A DNA stretch of 62,559 nucleotides from positions 1 through 62,559 of IMG/VR virus record IMGVR_UViG_3300020045_018361; one strand, written 5' to 3'. Source of the stretch: a virus (lineage: Duplodnaviria; Caudoviricetes). Below the pieces are notes generated by a model. The model ran no database searches. It worked only from the letters and a program-made list of their open reading frames with translations, and was not told the DNA's origin. Shown piece after piece: positions 28,473-37,831 of the stretch (position 1 is the first letter of the stretch; the number at the start of each line of letters is the position of its first letter). A program made the position numbers and the translations under genes.

Positions 28473-28658
28473 TTACTCCGCGTTTTTTGCGTGGCCATAA
28501 TTCCCCGCCACGAGACTGACAGCACGATGGATCATGGCATAAAACCCGAACGGCGTGTCAGGCGGCTTCATACACGGCGCCACAACCATCGTCACGATGT
28601 AACCACCCACTGGGATAGCAGCAACCCAATTATCTACTATTGTTTGGAGCATGTACAT
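28473..28658 (-). CDS. Small membrane protein (holin-like)
   Basis: 61 aa, hydrophobic, C-terminal LVAGNYGHAKN. Confidence 0.5.
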   Translation of the reverse strand: MYMLQTIVDNWVAAIPVGGYIVTMVVAPCMKPPDTPFGFYAMIHRAVSLVAGNYGHAKNAE

Positions 28659-28666
28659 ATTAATTT

Positions 28667-28828
28667 TTACCCCAGCAACCGGCTATTCCCCGGCAATGGG
28701 GGTGGTGGGGCGACCATAGTAGTGCATCCAATAATCGTCAGTAAGGATGTAGCCAAAGCCAAGGCTACGGCTCCCGCAGCAATCTTGCTGCTGGTAGTCC
28801 ACGGTCGAGGGCGATGCGCGTTACTCAT
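28667..28828 (-). CDS. Pro-rich small lipoprotein (o-spanin-like; absent from the ORF track)
   Basis: Manual translation ...LALATSLLTIIG-CTTMVAPPPPLPG...; AAGGAG RBS. Confidence 0.5.
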   Translation of the reverse strand: MSNAHRPRPWTTSSKIAAGAVALALATSLLTIIGCTTMVAPPPPLPGNSRLLG

Positions 28829-28921
28829 TTACTTTTCTCCTTCAAAAGAACTCCGGTCAACGTCAACGCGTCGAAGAGTTATCGTATTTCGACGTGTCTT
28901 TCATAGACCGGCTTAGACGTA

Positions 28922-29209
28922 TCACGCTCCGATCCTCCGAACAATCCTCGCTACGATCACTGAAATTACTCGTGGGCCAAGATATGCCGCAACGATGGAG
29001 GCAGAGAATAGGGCAAACCCCTGCAACCCGCAATATTCCCCGACGCCCCGTCCGATCAGGCCCATGCCAACGGCGGTTGGCAACTCCCAGATTAGAGATG
29101 CAGTAAACGCCGCGCGCTGTTCCTGGGCCAGGGACATGAGCCTGCCGATCAAGCCGAGCCCGGACGCGATGCCCGCGCCGATCCAGTCGAAGTCACCGAG
29201 ATTGGCCAC
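28922..29209 (-). CDS. Holin (3 TM)
   Basis: GTG start; GLIGRLM...WELPTAVGMGLIG.GVGEY...AAYLGPR; basic C-terminus. Confidence 0.7.
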   Translation of the reverse strand: MANLGDFDWIGAGIASGLGLIGRLMSLAQEQRAAFTASLIWELPTAVGMGLIGRGVGEYCGLQGFALFSASIVAAYLGPRVISVIVARIVRRIGA

Positions 29210-29690
29210 AGGTCGTGCCCTTCGCCCAATACAACGCAGCGACGACGCCGACACGCCACCCGAGAAAGGCGAACAACACTCCCGCGATGGAGTGGACCGA
29301 GACCGATAGATGTGCGGCGGCAAGGAACGCGAAGATGGCGCTGATCGCACCGAGGCCGGCCGCACGCACGCGCCAGCCGGCCCCATGCCCGGTCCATGAC
29401 ATGAACAGCCCAACCAGGACCATCACGGCCGCGACCGCACACGTGGCCATGACAGCGGTTTCTGCATCCGCATCGTCGATCACACGCCAGAGCCAAAAGT
29501 CATGCGGGTAGCGCGCGCGAAGCCCGCCGATATGCCGGATGCTCTCACCGATCCACAGCACAACCCCGGCCAGCCCCATTTCCCATGTCACGGGGGCGGC
29601 CGTCACCCACGTGGGCAGGAAGTCCCCACGCGGGACGCTTACCGGACGCTTGCCCAGGCCTTGCATGATCTGTGGGATATGATCGCTCAT
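29193..29690 (-). CDS. Multi-pass membrane protein
   Basis: About four hydrophobic segments. Confidence 0.6.
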   Translation of the reverse strand: MSDHIPQIMQGLGKRPVSVPRGDFLPTWVTAAPVTWEMGLAGVVLWIGESIRHIGGLRARYPHDFWLWRVIDDADAETAVMATCAVAAVMVLVGLFMSWTGHGAGWRVRAAGLGAISAIFAFLAAAHLSVSVHSIAGVLFAFLGWRVGVVAALYWAKGTTCGQSR

Positions 29691-30982
29691 TGAACGATCT
29701 GCGTGCGGAAGCTCGGTCCGCCGCTATCCTGTGTATTGAACCCAGATGGAATGGTGTTGGTGAACGCTGTTGCGCCGAAATTCACCGTGATGTCTGTATT
29801 CCCGGTAATATCGATAAGTCCTATCGCCCAACTCCACGTCCCGCCCATGGTGGATATATCCACGCCCCCTGTGCCGGTCGCTGGGTTTGATGAACCGATA
29901 ACCACGCCGTTCCACAGCCCAGTGGTGTAATTGTAGTGCCAGAACAGCTTGGCGGTGGTATCGACACAGGCCATGTTGGTGGTGCCGGCAACATAGGCGC
30001 CGGCCGTATCTTGCGCTATATCGTTGAAATATGCCCGCCCGGTAATCGATATGTCCACGCCAACAGAATTTGTGGTCTCTCCGACATATTTTCCGTTGAT
30101 AACCTCGGAAGCGTTCACGAGCCCGATTTGGAGACTTGGCTGAAACCCGCCAGAGTAGAACGAATTCAACGTGAACTCTATGCACTTTTTCCCTGATACT
30201 GTGGCTACGGTTCGGATGTTCCTCTTGTAATCTGTCGCCGTCGGGGCACACGGATTAGACGTAGTGCCACTGACATAGTAATTGGTGAACCCGGGATACC
30301 CATAGCACGATATTCCGTTGTTGTCATTCCCGACGAAGTTGGATAATGACGCAGTAGAATTCGCGACGCCTATGGTGAATTCACCAGACGCGCCGCTTAC
30401 AGGGTTCAATGTGGAATAGCATATCTTGTCGCTTCCTGACAGCGCGGAGGATGTAGTGCCTCGAACGACTTTCCACGCGGTAGATGCCGATGTCGCCAGG
30501 AGGTCGCCTTCTGACAGCGTGATATTCGCGGCTTTGTCCGATGGGTTCCATGTCGTAGCACCCGCAATCGCATTCCACGAACTGTAACCAGAAGGGATAC
30601 CCGGAGTGCTTGGAAATGATGTTGCGCCGAAATTGGCCTTCATATTTATTGCGTTGGTGTAGAGAGCAACCGCCGGGAAATAGCTTCCCGCAGCTAGGCC
30701 GCCAAGCGTCTGGCCTCCGACACCGCCGACTGGATTCTGGTTCCCGATTACATCGTCATTCCATTTACCAGTGCGGGCGTTCCATGTCCATATCTTGTCC
30801 GCGCCCATGTCCAGGCACAGCATATAGAACGACCCCCGCGAAGTAACGCGAAGATCGGAAACCACGTTGAAGCTGCCGTCCGAACCAACGTAATCCAATA
30901 CTGTCGCTGCTCCCCACGCGCGCATCGGCGCGCAGACGACCAGGGCGGCAAGTGTAGCGCGGAGGATTAATATTCTGGCCAC
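29687..30982 (-). CDS. SPRY/ConA-like domain protein with signal peptide
   Basis: TTWNPSDK..ITLS, IGVAN/IGLVN, two NFGATxF...PSG ends; MARILILRATLAALVVCAPMRAWG. Confidence 0.7.
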   Translation of the reverse strand: MARILILRATLAALVVCAPMRAWGAATVLDYVGSDGSFNVVSDLRVTSRGSFYMLCLDMGADKIWTWNARTGKWNDDVIGNQNPVGGVGGQTLGGLAAGSYFPAVALYTNAINMKANFGATSFPSTPGIPSGYSSWNAIAGATTWNPSDKAANITLSEGDLLATSASTAWKVVRGTTSSALSGSDKICYSTLNPVSGASGEFTIGVANSTASLSNFVGNDNNGISCYGYPGFTNYYVSGTTSNPCAPTATDYKRNIRTVATVSGKKCIEFTLNSFYSGGFQPSLQIGLVNASEVINGKYVGETTNSVGVDISITGRAYFNDIAQDTAGAYVAGTTNMACVDTTAKLFWHYNYTTGLWNGVVIGSSNPATGTGGVDISTMGGTWSWAIGLIDITGNTDITVNFGATAFTNTIPSGFNTQDSGGPSFRTQIVQ

Positions 30983-31146
30983 GGTATTGTAGCTCCCATC
31001 CGGAAGGGAATCAAGTCAGAGGCGACAAAAGTTAGGCTCGAGTTTTCCTCGGCAACTATATCGAACCCACCGGTATCGCAATCACCAGGATCATCATACG
31101 GGATATTGTTCCAGCCTAATCCGATAGATGACATATCTTTCAACAT
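30967..31146 (-). CDS. Small hypothetical protein
   Basis: 59-aa ORF from ATG 31146 with GAGG upstream. Confidence 0.45.
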   Translation of the reverse strand: MLKDMSSIGLGWNNIPYDDPGDCDTGGFDIVAEENSSLTFVASDLIPFRMGATIPWPEY

Positions 31147-31156
31147 AAAACTGCCC

Positions 31157-32029
31157 TCAAGTTCTGACGCATGTGATGGCCCCAGTAACCCGAGTGATGG
31201 ATGTAATGCTGTCCACATTGACGCGGATAATGCGCCCGGCCGTGATGCCCGGGGTCCAACCGGTAAGTGTAGTGTCTTCGGATTTCGTTGCGGAAGAAAT
31301 CGTTGGCGGGGCAGAAGCAGTGATACTGTCTGCGTCAGTTGGTGGAAAATTAGCGTAGGAGTCTACCCACAAATCCACCACGATGGACCCGGACTGGTCT
31401 GCCAACAGGCGCACCGCAGTAATTGTGCAATTGTATGGGACTTGTAGATCACCTTTAATGCCGGTGGTAATTGCACTCCCGCCGCCGTCAATTACAAATT
31501 GTAACGACGTGGTAAGACTGTTGCTCGTCATACTGATGACGCGATTGTTCGTCCCGCCCATCTCCAGCCCGGTACCCGGGCGAACCGCACCGTTATTGCC
31601 AGTAGAGGCAATAGGCAACGTGTCTGGATCAACGAGCCCCGAAGTGCTCAGCGCGGGAAAAATACCCGACGAGATATAATTTGTTCCGTTGGAAGTAATA
31701 ACAAGGCCACCACCCTGCTGTAGAACAATAGATGCTCGACCATCAATAGTGCTAGTCGTAGGAGTGATCGTCGCATTGCCCGCACCAACATTGACGAGCG
31801 TTGTTGACCAGCTAGCTCCAAAATTCCCGCTGCTCCCCGCCTGGGGTAAGGTAACTGCAATAGCAGAGCCATTGCTTAGACTGATCTTTTTGCAGTTATC
31901 ACTATTGAGCACTGTATAAGTAGTGCCGGTCTGAGCATTGATACTCTGCTGCGGGCACGACTGCGCCTGAGCCCTAAGCGAGGCAAAACCTAGTAGTCCA
32001 AAAAAGATTAACCCGAGAAGCTTTGCCAT
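31157..32029 (-). CDS. Fibre/decoration-type beta protein with signal peptide
   Basis: MAKLLGLIFFGLLGFASLRAQA; INAQTGTTYTV..SD and IDGGGSAITTGIKG...SGSIVVDLW domains. Confidence 0.65.
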   Translation of the reverse strand: MAKLLGLIFFGLLGFASLRAQAQSCPQQSINAQTGTTYTVLNSDNCKKISLSNGSAIAVTLPQAGSSGNFGASWSTTLVNVGAGNATITPTTSTIDGRASIVLQQGGGLVITSNGTNYISSGIFPALSTSGLVDPDTLPIASTGNNGAVRPGTGLEMGGTNNRVISMTSNSLTTSLQFVIDGGGSAITTGIKGDLQVPYNCTITAVRLLADQSGSIVVDLWVDSYANFPPTDADSITASAPPTISSATKSEDTTLTGWTPGITAGRIIRVNVDSITSITRVTGAITCVRT

Positions 32030-32889
32030 GTCGACGTTCCTGTGCGATACATCGTGATATCCTGGCCAGGGAACAAGGAATAGGCCGCGCTGGTGCCGAG
32101 AGAATTGATAGACGATGTTCCGTCCGGATAGATGTTCTGTGTGTCCCCTAACCCGTTCTTAACCCGTCTCATCGTTCCAATAGGGTCTGATCCAACAGCC
32201 CGAAACACGACGCCATTATTGACCGTCCCAGAAACAATGAGATTGACCTGAGACGTCAATTCTGTCGCTCCGGCCTGACTCGTCCCGGCAGACGTTACGC
32301 TGGCACTGACGCTTGCTAAACTGTTCGTTCCGCCCGTAACAGTGATAACTCCCGTCGCGGTATCTAGGGTTGCATCGCCAGACATCGCCGGCATAGCCCC
32401 GAAAGCGCTTGAAGCGTTGATCTGCAGCTGCCCATTAGTGCCCGCTGCAAAGGCAGTGCCGGTCGGTATGCTCCACTGACCGGCCCCATTCAAAAATGTC
32501 GTACCAGCCGCGGACGTACCGCCGTTGAACCGAGCGGTTGATACCGTTCCACTCAGATTCGCGGCGTCAGTCCCGATAAAGAATGGGCCTGGTGTCGTGC
32601 CCCCGAATATGCCCGCATTGTTGTACTGCACTTGCCCATTAGTGCCCCCAATGAAGCCTGAACCAGTGACATTTAGACTTGTGCCGGAAATGGCCAATCC
32701 AGTGCCTGGCCCCGTGAAAGCATTCAGCCCAAAGATTCCGGTTCCACTGCTCGCGGCCTGAATCATCTCCGCAGCGGTAGACTGGCTCAGAACATTGTCA
32801 ACGCCGACAAGAACAATGGTATCAGGGCCTAGATCTGCTGTTCCCGCAGTAGGCAAGTCTCTCCACGGTACAACAATGGGGACAACCAC
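32008..32889 (-). CDS. Fibre-like structural protein
   Basis: GGTNGQVQYNNAG repeats; C-terminal AGTSQAGAT...IYP domain. Confidence 0.65.
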   Translation of the reverse strand: MVVPIVVPWRDLPTAGTADLGPDTIVLVGVDNVLSQSTAAEMIQAASSGTGIFGLNAFTGPGTGLAISGTSLNVTGSGFIGGTNGQVQYNNAGIFGGTTPGPFFIGTDAANLSGTVSTARFNGGTSAAGTTFLNGAGQWSIPTGTAFAAGTNGQLQINASSAFGAMPAMSGDATLDTATGVITVTGGTNSLASVSASVTSAGTSQAGATELTSQVNLIVSGTVNNGVVFRAVGSDPIGTMRRVKNGLGDTQNIYPDGTSSINSLGTSAAYSLFPGQDITMYRTGTSTWQSFSG

Positions 32890-32893
32890 TAGA

Positions 32894-33370
32894 TTATGAT
32901 CCCGCGAACCAGGTCGTTGCTCCAGTCTTCACGAAAGTAATCGCCATGTTGGCTCCAAGAGTAAACGGAGCATCGGTTGCCAATGCTCCGCTTGAAGTCG
33001 TGATTGTCGATCCCGAAGGAGGGTAGATCTTCAAATCGTTCGCGCCGAAATTAGTAACCGATTGAGGACCACCACCGGAAAGAATAACACCAGTCCCTGA
33101 CGCCACGGTTGTTACAATGTTGTAGTTGGAACTAATAACAGTGGCGTCGCCCTGAATCGTTCCCGCCGCAGTAATCCCACCAGTCTGCGTAATTCCTCCC
33201 GCAACGGAGTCGTCTACATATTCTTTCGTTGCAGCTTCCAAAGCGACAGCTGGGTCGTTCGCCAAAATCAAATCGCCGGTCATTGTTCCACCAGCAATTG
33301 GGAGGAAGGTACCAACGCCAGGAACACCTCCAACTGGAATAATAGCCGCCACAGAGCTTACTCCTGCCAC
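32894..33370 (-). CDS. Fibre-like structural protein
   Basis: LPIAGGTMTGDL...AATKEYVD fibre motif; C-terminal domain shared with 32008-32889. Confidence 0.7.
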   Translation of the reverse strand: MAGVSSVAAIIPVGGVPGVGTFLPIAGGTMTGDLILANDPAVALEAATKEYVDDSVAGGITQTGGITAAGTIQGDATVISSNYNIVTTVASGTGVILSGGGPQSVTNFGANDLKIYPPSGSTITTSSGALATDAPFTLGANMAITFVKTGATTWFAGS

Positions 33371-34066
33371 CTATCGAAGTCCTTGCTGCGCCACGAGGAA
33401 TGTCACCCCTGGCGCGGTTGTAGCGCCTGAATTGATCAGTAGTCTTACCCCATGCATTACAACGTTGGATGCATACACGGCATTGGTTGCGGTCAATGCC
33501 GACGTCTCAAGATCATAGGGTGTCGGTGGTGCAAAAGTATCCGTGGGCTGCCCTAGCCATTGACCGACTTCTCCCGGCGCCAAACAATCCAAGGTGCCCT
33601 GTGGCATTACATCGGCGGTCACCCCGGTCGGTATCACTACTCCCAAGGTCCACTGCGCCCCTACGCGGTCAGTATCCAAAGGAACCCAGCCAGTACCTCC
33701 TATCCCGTTGGTCCCAGCCGTCACAGCCCCGGTAAAGGCCGCAGAAACGGCGATACGGGTGACGGTGACAAAGTCCAGCGCGGTATAGCCTGTAGTAGCA
33801 TTCGGACCGGTCATGGTCTCAGAAACCGTGTTACCGGTGATATCCGTTCCGTAAATGGTCAAAGTCTTGGCGGACTCGTTGCTCACAGTCGTAATTAGCA
33901 CACGACGACCGACATTCTGACCAGCGGTCGCGAGGATAGCAACACCACCTGTGGCCAAAGCACCTGTGATAGTAAGATCCCCAGCTCCGGCTGGAGTTTG
34001 TGACGTAGAAATTCCATCCGCATCTGCCGTGGCCAATAACACAGTTATACGCATACCTCGGCTCAT
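33371..34066 (-). CDS. Structural protein resembling 13062-13808
   Basis: RRVLIT...TIYGTDITGNTVSE...F.TVTRI. Confidence 0.65.
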   Translation of the reverse strand: MSRGMRITVLLATADADGISTSQTPAGAGDLTITGALATGGVAILATAGQNVGRRVLITTVSNESAKTLTIYGTDITGNTVSETMTGPNATTGYTALDFVTVTRIAVSAAFTGAVTAGTNGIGGTGWVPLDTDRVGAQWTLGVVIPTGVTADVMPQGTLDCLAPGEVGQWLGQPTDTFAPPTPYDLETSALTATNAVYASNVVMHGVRLLINSGATTAPGVTFLVAQQGLR

Positions 34067-34443
34067 GCGGTGGGTTCCTTGGGCTCAGGCTTAGGACCTG
34101 TGAGTTTTAGCCGGGTAGCAGCGCTGATGATATCGTCAACAATTGCGTGACGAAGGGGCTCTTCGCCGCCTTGAATTGTCATGTCCACGGCTTTAAGCTT
34201 CGGATACATAAAGCCTGCAAGCTCGCGCGCGGCCGTAAGCCGAAGCTCGATATCTGGGTTAACCACGAGATAAGTCTCATAGCCCTGAGCATCGGCGGTA
34301 GTCAATGGCGCACCGAGCGCAATTTCCATCAGCGTGTGCAAAGGATCCCATTGAGAATCTGGGCCAAGTACACGGTCACGATGAGCCAGGAGCTTGGCTT
34401 TCGCGGTGAGATGCTGGATCACGCGATGCTGGACGGTGTTCAT
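34063..34443 (-). CDS. Terminase small subunit (putative)
   Basis: PLHTLMEIA...RLTAARELAGFMYPKLKAVD; first gene of the late arm. Confidence 0.6.
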   Translation of the reverse strand: MNTVQHRVIQHLTAKAKLLAHRDRVLGPDSQWDPLHTLMEIALGAPLTTADAQGYETYLVVNPDIELRLTAARELAGFMYPKLKAVDMTIQGGEEPLRHAIVDDIISAATRLKLTGPKPEPKEPTA

Positions 34444-34452
34444 CGTAGGAGA

Positions 34453-34481
34453 ATCATACACACTTTTCAGTATCTAGGAAA
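34453..34481 (-). promoter_or_regulatory. Putative late-arm promoter TTTCCT-N17-TATGAT
   Basis: Sigma70-like spacing at the head of the minus-strand arm. Confidence 0.5.
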
Positions 34482-34544
34482 CGGGAAATATGCTAGGCTA
34501 CTTTGAGCTCAATGAGCCTCGGGCGCCGTTCAATGAACACAGCC

Positions 34545-34949
34545 CGTGTATCAGTTGTATCAAACTGATCAACCCTTTCCAAGTCCCACCATTTCATGCA
34601 CATGTCCTACATGACATAGGCGTAACGATTATTTTTTAGCTGGCGGGTTATGGTTTATATTCTATTGATCTATTTGATACACTTGATACAAACCGTATAA
34701 AAATCAAGAGTTTAGACCCCAATTTCGTGTATCAAACTCCTGTATCAACCGTATCAAACTCCGAAATCCTTCCCTGTATCAAGTGTATCAATTGTATCAA
34801 AACGGGCTTGTTTGATACAACTGATACACGAATATTCGATATAAAAAATAATTCAATAGTCGTCTTTAGGCTGTTTACAGGCGTCAAAAACCATGATAGC
34901 CTGTATCAAACGCCTAGCCCTTTGATCAAACCCCAATTGACTTTGATAC
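34545..34949. repeat. Iteron array, probable replication origin (14 GTATCA/TGATAC copies)
   Basis: AT-rich; 9-bp spacing within clusters; perfect 21-bp inverted repeat 34545-65/34810-30 and 17-bp 34674-90/34775-91; upstream of primase-helicase. Confidence 0.7.
34874..34902 (+). promoter_or_regulatory. Putative promoter TTTACA-N17-TAGCCT for the primase operon
   Basis: Fits the phage consensus; an iteron follows at 34903. Confidence 0.5.
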
Positions 34950-34964
34950 AGGACACCCCTCAAA

Positions 34965-35180
34965 ATGACCCAAATCGCCCCCATTCTTCTGTCCCAACGC
35001 CAGCGGTCCTGGACCCACAATCGTCTGCTAATCGCGGACGGCGCGGGGCAACAAGGAGCACGTCTAAAACTACTCGCCGGGCTCGCGGGAGATGTGCTGA
35101 GTGCGGACAGATTGAAAGAACTTTCCGATATTCTCAGCCAAGAAATTCGAAGCGGGCTTCAAGGTTCTCGGGAGATTTAG
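34965..35180 (+). CDS. Hypothetical protein
   Basis: 71 aa, ends 3 nt before the primase ATG. Confidence 0.45.
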   Translation: MTQIAPILLSQRQRSWTHNRLLIADGAGQQGARLKLLAGLAGDVLSADRLKELSDILSQEIRSGLQGSREI

Positions 35181-35183
35181 CCC

Positions 35184-37721
35184 ATGGCCCGGACCGTCGA
35201 TCTAGGCGACGCGGGCGAAGTGGAGCGGGCTCTTCGCGCATCTTTTGACGCCGCGCTAGACGGACAATTGCCTCGTCTGCTCGAAATTTTGATGGACATC
35301 CCTCGCCGCGATGGTCCGGACTATATTGCGACACGCAGCGACGGCAGCTCTGTGCGCATCAATGCTTCTTATGGCCGCTGGACCCTATCCCGACCGCGCC
35401 TGGCAGATCGTGCGGGAACTGGCCTAGCGACCCTGGCTTTAGCTCTAGCTACCCTCCAGCCCGGACATGCCCGCGCGAAGCCCTTGGAGCTCTATCATCT
35501 CGTTAATCGCATGCTGGGTCTGGATCTTTCCGTAGACCAGCTTCTCAGCGATGCCCAATCCCGACGCCTCGTGCACGCTATTTTACCTGCCCCGGCGCAT
35601 TACCTGCCGATTCCTACGCCCGAACAAATAAAAGCCGAAGCCGATCGCGGCAGCAAGGATCTTCTGGTCTCCCTATTCAACCAAGCGACGGCAATTTATC
35701 GCTATGAAAATACACGAGAAGAATTCTGTTATTACAAGCTTCGGCTCGAGGATAAAGTAAACGACGAGAAACGATTCATACGCGCGGCGTATACTGCGCA
35801 TGACGGACTACGCGTTGAGGGCGCCCGACTGTCCCTTTTGCTGGGCAATCGTCTCCCTATCTACAATGTAGCGGAGTTGGCTCGACGCCCCGAGGCTACT
35901 GTCCTTTGGGTAGAGGGTGAAAAGACCCAAGCAGCAGCCGCAGCGCGTTTTCCGGACTACGTGGTTGTTTCTATCGATTCTCCGACGAAACCAGAGGACA
36001 CCGACTGGTCGCCTCTCATTGATCGCGATATCCTATTGTTTCCCGACGCGGATGAACCCGGAGTAAGCTGTGTTCAGAGATGTCTTGCGGCAATCCGTCT
36101 CGCGGCGTCGGTTCGCACCACTAGGACCAAAAGAGATACCCCACCACTTCGTCTGATCATTCCCCTGCCAGAAGGCCTGAGTCTGGGTCATGACCTGGCT
36201 GACCCAGATCCACCAGGTATGGCTGGTTGGGCGGAACAAGCCATCAAAGACGCCTTTCTCCCTGATGCCGATACGGCGCGCTTGAACGAACAATTCATTT
36301 TTGTCAACGATCTTTCTGACGGTGAAGCCTATGTCTTAGTAAAAACTCCCTTCGATGCGACTGGGACGGGTCGTCCGGTTGCTCGGCTTTCTCAGCGGGA
36401 ATTACACTCGCACTATGTCAACGACCTTCGCGTCATAGCTCGCGGCCGAAATTCGATAGAAGTACCGGCTTCTCAAATCTGGATCGAATCTCCGTATCGC
36501 GAAACGGTCAACGCCGTGATATGCGACCCGAGTCCGCATTATATTCCCCGGCCGGGAATTTACAATTACTGGCAGGGTTTCGCGACACAGCCAGAACAGG
36601 GCGAATTTCCTACTATTCAAACGCTGCTTAATGCCTTACATACGGACCAAGAGGTTATTCTCTACATAAAAAGATTTCTTGCCTCTATTTTCCAACGGCC
36701 GCATCGTGTTCCTCTTGCCTCTCTCGTAATTCGTGGCCGTCAAGGTGTTGGCAAATCTTTATTTGCTCAGATACTGGAGCTAATGGTTGGTTATCGCCAT
36801 GCGCTTCGCTCAACAAACCCGGAGATTGAGGTTTTAGGCGATTTCAACGAACTTGTCGAGGGTCGCATTCTTCTTATTCTCGAGGAATTTTCGCCCAAGA
36901 CCCAGAGCAAGGGAAATGGGCAAGGGAAGCTCAAAAATCTAATTACGTCAGACACCCTGTTGATCAATGGCAAAGGACTCCGCCATCGACAAGTTCGCAA
37001 TTATTCTCATGTTATCATAACATCGAACGAGGAAACAACAGCCCCATCCGGCCCAGATAGCCGTCGTTTTGTTTATGTTACGATGGAGCCCAATCTTCCG
37101 GCAGCCAGACTACAGGCTTTCGCCGAAGAAACTGTCAATGCGCGCAATGCCCAGCATCCAGAACTTCGGGCGTTTTTGTATCACCTTCTCTACGAAATAG
37201 ACTTGGTTGGCTGGAATTCCGCAGCTACCCCGGACACAACAGATCAGCGTTTGAACCGCGCTGCGGCAATAGATGAAGATTCCCTTCTCAGCTGGTGGGT
37301 GTCTACACTAGAGGCCCAGCACATGTTCGGTATCCCGTTTGCGGGCTGGACACGTCCGCGTGAACTATATCTAAAAAGTTACGAGCACTTCTGCACGAAT
37401 AATCACATCACTCGCCGCGTTGGACCGCAAGCTTTTCATCAGCGTCTCAGTATTTATTTATACGGGCGTAATGGAGACAACATGAAACTGCCCAGACAAC
37501 GCGCCGTTTCGTCTTCGGTGGGTTTGACTGAAGAGCAGTGTGGGATGTTGGGTATTTCGCGCGATCTTGTGAATGTCTATCGGGCACTTTCGCTTCCGCG
37601 TTTGCTTCAAATATTACAACATGAAACTGGGCACCAGATGTCCGCCCAATCGGATCCCGAGAGAGGGTTATCGCCCGGGGATCAATCTTCTCTGCTCGAT
37701 CCCCCGGAAGAATATTTCTAG
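35184..37721 (+). CDS. TOPRIM primase fused to an SF3-type (DUF5906/NrS-1-like) helicase
   Basis: VEGEK, DWSPL..R.ILLFPDADEPG, HDLAD; YNYWQGF, GRQGVGKS, LEE, LKNLITS, ITSN, SRRF. Confidence 0.85.
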   Translation: MARTVDLGDAGEVERALRASFDAALDGQLPRLLEILMDIPRRDGPDYIATRSDGSSVRINASYGRWTLSRPRLADRAGTGLATLALALATLQPGHARAKPLELYHLVNRMLGLDLSVDQLLSDAQSRRLVHAILPAPAHYLPIPTPEQIKAEADRGSKDLLVSLFNQATAIYRYENTREEFCYYKLRLEDKVNDEKRFIRAAYTAHDGLRVEGARLSLLLGNRLPIYNVAELARRPEATVLWVEGEKTQAAAAARFPDYVVVSIDSPTKPEDTDWSPLIDRDILLFPDADEPGVSCVQRCLAAIRLAASVRTTRTKRDTPPLRLIIPLPEGLSLGHDLADPDPPGMAGWAEQAIKDAFLPDADTARLNEQFIFVNDLSDGEAYVLVKTPFDATGTGRPVARLSQRELHSHYVNDLRVIARGRNSIEVPASQIWIESPYRETVNAVICDPSPHYIPRPGIYNYWQGFATQPEQGEFPTIQTLLNALHTDQEVILYIKRFLASIFQRPHRVPLASLVIRGRQGVGKSLFAQILELMVGYRHALRSTNPEIEVLGDFNELVEGRILLILEEFSPKTQSKGNGQGKLKNLITSDTLLINGKGLRHRQVRNYSHVIITSNEETTAPSGPDSRRFVYVTMEPNLPAARLQAFAEETVNARNAQHPELRAFLYHLLYEIDLVGWNSAATPDTTDQRLNRAAAIDEDSLLSWWVSTLEAQHMFGIPFAGWTRPRELYLKSYEHFCTNNHITRRVGPQAFHQRLSIYLYGRNGDNMKLPRQRAVSSSVGLTEEQCGMLGISRDLVNVYRALSLPRLLQILQHETGHQMSAQSDPERGLSPGDQSSLLDPPEEYF

Positions 37722-37729
37722 TCTACCCA

Positions 37730-37801
37730 AATTTTTGAAATAAAATTACCCTGTTTTCCTGTTTACAAGGAAGGCAAAACTTATTAAATTACCTTATCGG
37801 C
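37730..37801 (+). promoter_or_regulatory. Early promoter block A, copy 1 (TTTACA-N17-TAAATT)
   Basis: 72 bp identical to 39459-39530; AT-rich upstream element. Confidence 0.75.
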
Positions 37802-37831
37802 GCAAGGAGCCGGCAGACACAGGAGACGAAA

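Noticed and set aside
34545-34949. CRISPR array
   Set aside because: Repeats are 6-7 bp in both orientations without regular unique spacers; no cas genes.
34727-35248. 173-aa ORF over the iteron region
   Set aside because: Its CIKCINCIK-type sequence is a by-product of GTATCAA repeats; no RBS; overlaps the primase start.
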